Below are positions 54,332-64,000 of a stretch of 64,000 bases of DNA, piece by piece. Origin of the DNA: the human T2T-CHM13v2.0 reference genome, Homo sapiens. Numbering within the stretch: position 1 is the stretch's first letter; every line of letters starts with the position of its first letter. The stretch is from assembly GCF_009914755.1 (NCBI RefSeq), contig NC_060925.1; one strand, given 5' to 3'. A program made the position numbers and the translations under genes. The notes beneath the pieces were generated by a model. The model had not been told where the DNA came from, ran no database searches, and worked only from the letters and a program-made list of their open reading frames with translations.

Positions 54332-55265
54332 ACACACACACACACACACACACGCACACACACACAAAGATTGTTGAGTTGTGTGGCATGTGGCATCTTG
54401 TTGGTAGACACCTTTCTCTGCATTTCTCTTTGGTGATATGGCACATATCAGGGCTACTTTTAGTTTGGAACTCAGTGGGAAACCATCCGCTGTGTTTTTG
54501 TTTTGTTTCAGTTGTATTTTAGTTGCCTTATAGGGTGATTGAAGTGTTCCAGTTTTCTTTTCTTTAAAAAAATCCTTTGTTCTGATACAAAGTCTTTTAC
54601 TTGAAAGAATTTTATTAGGCTGACTTCGTTATTACAGAGTATCTCAATGCAAAGGATATAGAAAAATCATATTAAAGAACTAATAGGCTTTTAACTGATT
54701 TAAATGAACAAAGGCCTTTTTTTGCTTCCTTCTTGTCCATGCTCAAGCATCTTCCCAATCCCAGTAAATTACGTATTTACTTTACAAATTGGATTTCACA
54801 GGCAATGGTAAATATTAATGATATTTTCCATTATTTATTGTAAGAACTGATCCAATTGAACGCTTTTTCTTCTTCAGTTATTCTAGACACTGTTAATTAG
54901 TGAAATTCTATCCCTGATTATTTGATTGTCAAGGCACTAGTTCAGCCATTCTCATAATAGACATTTTCACTTTTGTTTTAAAATCCGTAGATAATGTAAT
55001 GTTTTAAATGTCCTATACACTGAGAAATTCATAGTGCTGTAAATCTCTTGGCTCTAAGATATAAAAGCAGCAGTGTAAGTGAAAATATCATTGCTATATC
55101 ATTTAACGTACTACAGAACAAGCCCTGCACTTAGAATTTCATTTTGGCAAGAAAATGTTGTATAACATTTTAAAACTGAAAATGTACAACATTTTCAGTT
55201 TTAGGAAAAGTCTGGGATTTCCTAAGCCTATGCCTCTTGACACATTGTGGTGAAGGTTTTGGTAT

Positions 55266-55560
<295 letters not shown>

Positions 55561-56597
55561 GTTTTTGTATCTTATAGATTCCTCTTTCTGTAGGATCTGT
55601 AAGATCCTGTAGATCTTATAGATTCCTTTTTTTCTTTTTCAATTCAGACTCTTTCACCATCTGTTACAGGTGAGAGAAATATTTGTAAACATATCCAATT
55701 AAATAATACAGTGAAGAATGGCAGAGAGAGAAATGGCTCATAATAGGAGACAACATTGCATCACAATTAAGGAAATGGGTTGAATAAATTACTTAACTCC
55801 TCCAATATTCCATTTACTCAACTCTTAAATGGGACTAATACCACCTGCTTGTTACGAGGTTGTTGTAAGGATTACATTAGGTAATATACCTAAAGCTCTT
55901 AGCACAGTATCTGGAACATACTAAATATTCAATACGTTTATTTATTACTGTTTTTTATACTCTCTGGGCAGACACTGAGTTTTCAAAAGCTGGTGGAGAG
56001 ATTTCTGAATATGATGGCAGCTACCTAGAAGTGCCTGATTTGTCTTCTCCACCTTCTCATTTAAATAATCTTGAAATATATTGAAAACTAGAATATTCAG
56101 CAACAATCTGCCTTACTTGAGAAGAAATTTTGACCAATAAATGACAGAAAAAAGCTATAATTTTCTGAAAAAATCCTCAAATTGATTCACTGTGAGTAGA
56201 AAACCTGAATTATTCAATGACCCTGGGGGAATTCCCCCCCACCTTCCTAATGATGCTGTGTGCAAATAGTTAGAAAAATGGAAATTTTTAAGTTTTGGAA
56301 AAAGATAATCTTGTTTTATAGAAGCTGTTGCAGAGCACAGATATATTGTGCTGACATTTTATCAATTAATTTACAAATGTAGTGTGATGCTGACACAAAA
56401 CTTGATAAAAAGGGGTTTAGAATACTTGAGCAGAAATTTGGGTCAAAGATGATCACTGGGTTAGAATATCATTATAATACTATGTTTGCAAGACATTTAA
56501 TGTCGTGAGAAAATGTATTATGTTTAGTGAAAAGGGATGGCACATATCCTTATATTCAACAGGATCCTTTTTGTTAGTAAAAAAAAAAAAGTAAATA

Positions 56598-56652
56598 TTA
56601 GCTTGGTGCAAAAGTAATGGCAGAAGCTGCCATTACTTTTGCACCAAGCTAA
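56598..56652. mobile_element. MADE1 (Hsmar1-derived MITE), internally deleted, forming a perfect hairpin
   Basis: ttagcttggtgcaaaagtaat...attacttttgcaccaagctaa match mariner MADE1 TIRs; TA on both flanks. Confidence 0.88.
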
Positions 56653-57984
56653 TATTAACAATAGTAAAACCTGGATAGTACAATTGTGAGTGACTTTTGT
56701 GTTTTTCCTTGTGCCTTTGTCTATTTTTGAAATTCTCTACAATGATTATGCATTATTTCTATAATTAGAAAAGGAATATTATTTAAAAAGAAGACTCCGG
56801 CCATATCAAAATGGAGGCAAGAATATTGCAAAATTGAATTGTTTATGAAAAAAGATTGGTTAGACAATTTCCCGTGACTAACTTTGTCCTTAGTAAGCTT
56901 TGGGAGGTTTCACTTTTATTTCTTTTCTTCATTTTCGATTTAGTCCCTTAAAACATTTTTTTTTTTAATGGGTGAGTTCTATCTGCTCAAGTTGTGTAGG
57001 ACACCTAATTAGAATATAGCAGGTAGAATATTCCTAATTGGAATATTCCCTAGGTGATGTTTTAGTGATGAGCTTTCTGTTTGAATTTTTTTGTCTGCTT
57101 CCTGTAATGGATCAAAAACGGAAGAAGGCTAGTTTACTGAATATTCAACAGCAAGTAATTTATAACAAAAGTTTAAGGTATATAAACAGAAATTCAATAA
57201 ATTAATTAGAAAACACTGTTGGACTTTAAAAATAGGAAAACTTTACATGCTAACTTGTATTTACATTAATATCAAACTAACAAATTGAATTTAGAACTAT
57301 AGAGGTCTCTGCCTGCATACAACAGATACTCAATAGTACATGAAAAAATGAATTTGTTTTTAAAATTTTATTAATTTGTACTCCACTTATCTCTCTTGCC
57401 CCAAAGAGATTTCATCAAGGATTCTAGAGTATTCCTTCTCCCTTTTGTTCTTAGTCTTAACAGATAGTATTCTTACTGTGTAAGATCATTGTACCATTCT
57501 CCAATGTTCTACATCTTCAAAAAATCCACTTGTATCAGCTGAATTTCAAAATAATGTAGTATTTTAAGGATTACTTAAAATTCTACTAGGAATTTGTGAA
57601 TAATGTTGGTCACATATATTAATTAAATATCAGTAATACATATATTTTAGATACTGCTTTGTTGAGAGGAGAGAAAAATTTAATGTATTAATTAATAAAG
57701 TATTCAAATTCTGAAAGTATTGTGAAGAGGAAGAAAAATCACTTGAGATTTTTAATACCCAATGATAAATGCTGTTAATATTTTGGTGTGCATACTTCTG
57801 GTATTATTCCTATCTGTTTGCTTATATATTTTAACATATTGGGATCACATTATACATATCATTTTAGATCCTGATTTTTTTCATTTAACCATATAGAAGG
57901 CATTTCTAATATAATAAATATTCTTCTACAGCATGATTTTAATGATTGAATATTATCCCATCTGATGACTGTATCATGATTTAT

Positions 57985-59493
57985 AGTCTTCATTGTCTGG
58001 GCTTATTTGTAGCCATCCTTCTTGGGAAGGATTTCCACATATTTGAAAGAACTTGAGTGTTGTGATCTAAGCTGTTTCTCCTTTAGGGGCTACTCCAAGC
58101 CCAGTAATGCTGTGGTTCTTGCAGACTCGTAGAGGTCTGCCTTGATGCTCTTGGACAAGATCTGGGAGAATTCTCTGTATTACCAGGCAAAGACTCTTTT
58201 TCTCTTCCCTTTCTCCCAAACATACAGAGTCTTTCTAAAGCTGGGGGTGAAGTGACACAAGCACCCCTGTGGCCACCACTGCTTTGACTGTGCTGGGTCA
58301 GACCTGAAGCCAGCATAGCACTGGGTCTTGTCCAAGGCCTGCTGAAACCACTGCCTGGCTACTGTCTATGTTTGCTCAAGGCCAGGGGCTCTACAATCAG
58401 CATGTGGCAAAGCCAGCCAGGTCAGTGTCCTCTTCGGGGTGACGAGGTCCCCTAAACCCTGGGTGGGTCCAGAAGTGCCATACAGGAGTCAGGGACTAGA
58501 GTTAAAAACCTTAGAAGTCTACCTGGTGCTCTATTGTATTGTGGCTGAGCTGGCAGTCAAACAAGACACAGTCCTTCGCACTCTTCCCTCCGCTTTTCCA
58601 AAGGCAGAGGAGCCTCACTCCATAGCCACCACTACCCCTGGCCATGAGGAGTACTGTCGGACTATCATTAATGTTCCCTTATGGCCCAAGGTCTCTTAAG
58701 TCAGCTTGTCCTGAATCCTGCTGACCCTTGGAGTCACCCTTCAGGGCAGTGGGCCCTGCTCTGGTGCAGGGCAGGTCTAGAAATTCCATCCAAGAGTCAA
58801 GTCCTGGAATCAGAGACCCCAAGAGCCTTCTTGGTGCTCTACCTGCTGTGGCTGTGCTGGTACGTGAAGCCAGCAAGACTGAGAGGCTCACCCAAGGTCC
58901 TTAATGTAGTATGATGCCTCACAATTGCTGTGTTCTCTCTGCCCCTCCTCCTGCACCTTGGAGGGAGTGGTGGCCTGAGTGACTCAGGATTATTTTTTCT
59001 ATCTCTTTAGTGCCTCTTTCAGCAAGATGAGGTTAAAACCAGGTACTATGAGTGCTCACCTGATTTTTGGTACTTATGCAGGTGTTTCTTTTTCTTTTTT
59101 TTTTTTTTTTTGAGATAGAGTCTCGTTCTGTTGCCTAGGCTGGAGTGAAGTGGTATAATCTCATCTCACTGCAACCTCTGTCCCCGGGTTCAAGCAATTC
59201 TCCTGCCTCAGCCTCCCAAGCAGCTGGGATTACAGGCACCTGACACCACACCTGGCTAATTTTTGTATTTTTAGTAGAGACAGAGTTTCACCATGTTGGC
59301 CAGGCTCATCTTGAACTCCTGACCTCAAGTGATTCGCCCGCCTCAGCCTCCCAAAGTGCTGGGATTACAGGCGTGAACCACTGCACTCAGCCAACAGGTG
59401 TTTCCTCTGTGTAGACAGTTGTTAACTTGGTGTCCTTGTGGGTGGTGGGGGGCATAATCGGTGGAGCCTTCTACTCTGCCATTGTGTCTGCCT
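57985..59493 (-). mobile_element. Old L1 (L1M1/L1PB-type) 5'UTR fragment inside an older L1ME-like element; contains an AluS (-, 59089-59392, TSD caggtgtttc)
   Basis: Minus strand starts aggcagacacaatggcagagtagaaggctccaccgat (L1 5' terminus-like); 16-bp direct repeat ctgtatcatgatttat at 57969-57984 and 59494-59509. Confidence 0.75.
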
Positions 59494-59835
59494 CTGTATC
59501 ATGATTTATGTACACTGAAAAGTTAGGTTTGTAAAAATAGCTTGTTGGTATTACAAACGACATGGAAGTTTTTCCTTTTCCCACTAAAGGGATATAAGAT
59601 TCCCCAGACATATACAACCCCCCAAATCCATCAATTTATCATCATAAAAAGACAATTCTTGAATGATTTATTTTATCCCAAACTTTAAAGTGTAAAGCAG
59701 AACACTTGATTTTTATTGTATTATTTTTATAAATTTATAGACTATGAAGGAAGGGAAATTGCAGGCTATAAAAGAGGAGGACTGATTGTAAGGTATATCA
59801 GAGAAATGGAAAAAAATGCTAATTGAAAAGCATGA

Positions 59836-60401
59836 TGTGGTAGGCAGACTTCAAAGATGGTCCCTATCTTCTGCTATTCATGCCCTTGTGTGATCTTTTA
59901 TCCTTGATTGCAAGCTGGACTTAATGACTTGTGTCTAGCCAAAAGAATATGGCGAAGGTGGTGGAATGCTGCTTCTGTGATTAGGTTATAAAATATAGTG
60001 CCTTCTGTCTTGCTAGCAGATCCTCCCTGTGGTTTTCTCAGCTTGCATGCTTTGATGAATTGAAGTAAGCTGCCATGTGGAAGAGGTGCATTGTTAAGGA
60101 AATGAGGGCAACCTCTGGCCACTAGCTAGCAAGGAAGTGAGGTCCTTTGCCCAACAGCCTGTGAAGAAGTGACTGCTATGGACAATCACTGCGTGAGCTT
60201 GGGAAGTTGCTCCTTCGTCAGTCAGAGCTTCAGATGAGACTGCAGACCCACATCAACACCTTAACAGAGACTGCAACCCAGAGGACCCAGATAAGCCGTG
60301 CCCAGACTCATTTCCCATAGAAACTGAGATAGAAAATGTGTGTTGTTTTAAGTTGCTAAGTTTTGGGGGTAAATTGTTATGCAGCAATACACAATAATAC
60401 A
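59836..60401 (+). mobile_element. MaLR solo LTR (MLT1E/F-like)
   Basis: tgtggtaggcagacttcaaagatggtccc...ttttaagttgctaagttttggggg...ttgttatgcagcaata...aataca. Confidence 0.8.
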
Positions 60402-63116
60402 GATTTGACTAGAAAAAGGAGGCAAGAGCAAATTCAAAGGCCATGAAAAAGATGCATATACTGAAGATTGTAGAAAATATTGAACTTTTACTTTTTCAGG
60501 ATATCTTTTGCTGACTGGATGATAGTAGCTATTTTCTTTATACAATTATTTTAAATCTAATAAAATAACGTTCTTATAAAACTAAAAATATGGAAAAGTT
60601 CAAAGTAAAAGTAAAAATTACATAATTTCATCACCAAATATAATTATAATTATTAATTATTATTTTGGTTTATCTTTGTCTTCTCTCTGCCTTTTTTTCC
60701 TACAAAATCAGGATTGTACTCTAATAGTGTTTTGTATCTTGTCTTCTAATCTACCACATATTACAGACAGTTTCAATTTCATATTCTTCCACAACATCTT
60801 TTACATGGCTGCATGGTTGCCTGTTGTCTGATGTTTTATGGTTTATTTAATCACACTTCTATTATTAGACACAATACTATATTTAAATACACAAAATTGG
60901 ACTACCCCAGAAAATCAAGGTTACATGGATGACAGTTGTGTTTTGTTTCAGGCTTTGCTTTATCTCAGAGACATGATATATTTTCAGAGCTGAAGGAAGA
61001 CATAATTTTTAAAGCCAGTTCTCCCAGGTAGACTGCACATTACTCTCTAGAAAGTCTCATCAGGGCCATTTCTGTCTCATGTTAGATGAAAGGACTCGAT
61101 AATTGAACCAAATGACTGACTAGTGGTAACAAGTTTGGGAAAATATTTAGCAGCTATGACCTCGTTATTTAAAAAGTCTTAGACTTTGGGGGAAAAGATG
61201 TCACATTGTGAAATCTAGCTGTTGTAAAGCCATAGAGAAATGTCAGAATAAAATACCTGCCTCTTGTCTGCTTTAGTTGAACTTTAAGACTCAAGCAGTT
61301 GACCAGGCCAGTGGGACAGAGATCACACTAGAACCAGGAGGGACATGTGCTTGTGACCATGATTTTCACCCTTTGACACAGAAGTAATATACATGTGATA
61401 TTTTTCAGTTTTTTCTGATTTTTATTCTTGTCTTTTTCAGTGTTATCTAAAATCAGTTTCAAAACAGATGTTTAAAAATTTAAAAAACATATATCAGAAT
61501 TTCCCAAATAACTATTTTCCTAAATATCATACTGTACCTCCTTGGTTTTTGGCAAGTAATTTTTAAATTGAAGTTGGATGTAAAATTACCAGCAACTTAA
61601 CAAATGCTAAATTCAGACTTTCTTTGCTTATCTCCAGACACATTTCATTAAACATAAAAAATTAACAAAACATGGATAGTCAGGCACCTGATGCAGTGTT
61701 TTGCTCTAGAATCTAGCTGATATGTTAATGCCTGTCCAATTCTAAATTTCTGTGATTTTATAACTTCATCAGTAAGAGTGGTTAGAAATATTACTGTGTG
61801 ACTCCTAAGGTGGGGTTCAGTTTTCATTCATCTCTGACCACACCTCAGTCCTAATGAAGTCTCCTTTTTTATATCTGCTCCTAGTGAGTTGACTTTGTGT
61901 CCACACAATTTGACTTTGATGATTCTTTCAAAAAAGTGGGATTTGAAGAATCTCAAGGCACTTTTTCCAGATGCAAAGTTCTGGACCCTGTGTCCTGGGC
62001 TAGCAATTGTGCTCTTCTTCTGAAAGCTTTGAGATGAAGAATTTATTTAATTGATGCTGTACATGTATTGATTGTGAAATTTTTGGATTTCTTCCCAGGA
62101 AATGTACTATATGAAATGGAAAGATTTTTGTATTGCCATAAATATATCTACATGGGAATTCTTGTGGCTTTGAAGAGTGTCCAACCTCTGATTGCATCAG
62201 AATTCCCATAATGCTATACATAAAGTAAAGCTGACCTTGCATTTCTAATTAGAACTGAGAGGAACAGAAATCCTAGTGTGTGTGTTTTAAAAAAATATTT
62301 TTCAAGTTGAAGACAAAGCCCAAATATTTGAAGGTGGTAGAAAGAAATATCAGAAAAGGACAATTTGAAATGAATATTATTTTCCCCTAATTAACCTAGA
62401 AAGGTTACACAACTTTTTAGGGGAAAAAAAAATGCCAGGTGAATGGGGAATGTATGTAGTAGGGGTTCTTAAATATTCAATTTTTGATATATTCTATTGC
62501 CATAGGGAAGAATTTAAGTATTTCTTGAACTAAAGAAACATCAGGCTTTGATCCAAGATAAAATTTTGGAGTCTCAGCTTCTGTGCCTACTAAGCCTGTA
62601 ACCAAGCCACATGACATGCCTGGACATCACATGCCTTTCTTTTACCTTCTATTCCCTTCTGCTAAATTACCTTTCTAAAAGTATCCATTTTTTTTCAGCT
62701 TCAAAACAATTTAATGAGCACTTATTATGTAGGTTTGCATTATACCTCATGTTGGGATCATAGATGTGTGATCCCTGCTCTCAGGGGAAGCCTAACTCAG
62801 ACGTAGACTTAACTCTGACTGTTAGCTCTGAATGTAGGATATGGTCACCTGAAGTTTAATTTCTTTTTTTAACCAGGCATTTTATTTGCTGCTGCTTGTA
62901 ATTTTGTCAATAATCATCACCACCTGATTTAAGTTGTCCTTTCTGCCTCCTCAGTACTCATTTCTCTCACTCAGGCATTTTTCCCTTGTCTTTGTCAATA
63001 TGGTGAATGTGAAAAACAATAAACTTAAGTAAGATATTTTATCAGAAAGATTAACTCTGAAAGAGTTAATGTCAAATTTATTATGTCTTAGTAAGTTAGA
63101 GCATTCCCTGAGGACA

Positions 63117-63172
63117 TAGTAATTGAAAGTCTACATTTAAATTAGACTTTAAATGTAGACTTTCAATTACTA
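63117..63172. repeat. Perfect inverted repeat, 25-bp arms, 6-nt spacer
   Basis: tagtaattgaaagtctacatttaaa / ttagac / tttaaatgtagactttcaattacta. Confidence 0.95.
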
Positions 63173-63340
63173 ACTTTGAAAATAAGAGATACAAATGTAA
63201 ATGACATCCCTAATTGCTATAAAGGGAATTGTAGGTTCTTAAGAATTTGGGACTATGAAGTACTATTATTAAATTCCAGACTAGTAAAGTTACTATAAGA
63301 AAAAGAGTTGAGAGAAAAGTTTGTTTTAAAATGTTATGTA

Positions 63341-63482
63341 TGGTGATCTTGGCTCACTGCTACCTCCGACTCCCGGGTTCAAGCAATTATCCTGCCTCAG
63401 CCTCCCGAGTAGCTGGGATTACAGGCACATGCCACCATGCCCAGCTAATTTTTGTATTTTTAGTACAGATGGGGTTTCACCA
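63341..63482 (-). mobile_element. Alu fragment lacking its 3' end and tail, abutting an L1 5' end
   Basis: tgatcttggctcactgc...gatggggtttcacca. Confidence 0.88.
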
Positions 63483-63483
63483 A

Positions 63484-64000
63484 GGATCCGTTCCAAGATG
63501 GCCGAATAGGAACAGCTCCGGTCTGCAGTTCCCAGCATGATCAACACAGAAGATGGGTGATTTCTGCATTTCCAACTGAGGTACCTGGTTCATCTCATTG
63601 GGACTGGTTGGACAGTGGGTGCAGCCCATGGAGGGCAAGCTGAAGCAGGGCGGGGCATCACCTCACCCGAGAAGTGCAAGGGGTAAGGGGATTTCCCTTT
63701 CATAGCCAAAGGGAAGCCATGACAGACTGTACCTGGAAAAAACGGGACACTGCCACCCAAATATTGCACTTCTCCCAAGGTCTTAGCAACCAGGAGACAA
63801 GGAGATTCTCTCCCGTGCCTGGCTCAGTGGGTCCCACACCCATGGAGCCTTGCTCACTGCTAGCGCAGCAGTCTGAGATTGAACTGTGAGGCGGCAGCCT
63901 GGCTGGGGGAGGGGCATCCGCCATTGCTGAGGCTTGAGTAGGTAAACAAAGCAGCTGGGAAGCTCGAACTGGGCAGAGCCCACCACAGCTCAACAAGGCC
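63484..64000 (+). mobile_element. L1PA 5'UTR start (possibly a full-length L1 continuing beyond the window)
   Basis: ttccaagatggccgaataggaacagctccggtctgcag...gatttctgcatttccaactgaggtacc; YY1 motif caagatggcc at 63494-63503. Confidence 0.92.

Noticed and set aside
57026-57048. 9-bp-arm inverted repeat gaatattcc/ggaatattc
   Set aside because: Too short to distinguish from chance, and partly self-palindromic.

Overview
Repeat-rich primate (very likely human) genomic DNA containing the 3' half of GIPC2 (GIPC PDZ-domain family member 2) on the + strand. Three coding exons are visible (24180-24286, 30668-30749, 40393-40544 including the stop) and splice in frame to the GIPC C-terminus (...EIELRSKAGK...GPATVEEM|PSETKAK...DIDL|ATTMFEAGK...DAKRRGL*). 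An AU-rich 3'UTR and about 20 kb of downstream DNA follow. The upstream PDZ-encoding exons are not in the window. The rest is Alu, L1, L2/MIR, MaLR/ERV LTRs, DNA-transposon fossils and microsatellites; almost all ORFs in the supplied track are repeat-derived or chance ORFs. I found no convincing new gene or multi-gene system. The most notable items are structural: a (CCCTAA)6 tract replacing part of an Alu B-box; an L1 5'-end-only fragment bounded by a perfect 16-bp TSD; three near-perfect hairpins with template-switch signatures, one a symmetrised MADE1; two near-identical ~90-97 bp tandem duplications; two twin-primed L1s; a CTCF-like site with an upstream module; and a 189-nt exon pair whose back-spliced circle would be an endless ORF. 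Repeat subfamily names and exon numbers are from memory, not from a database search.
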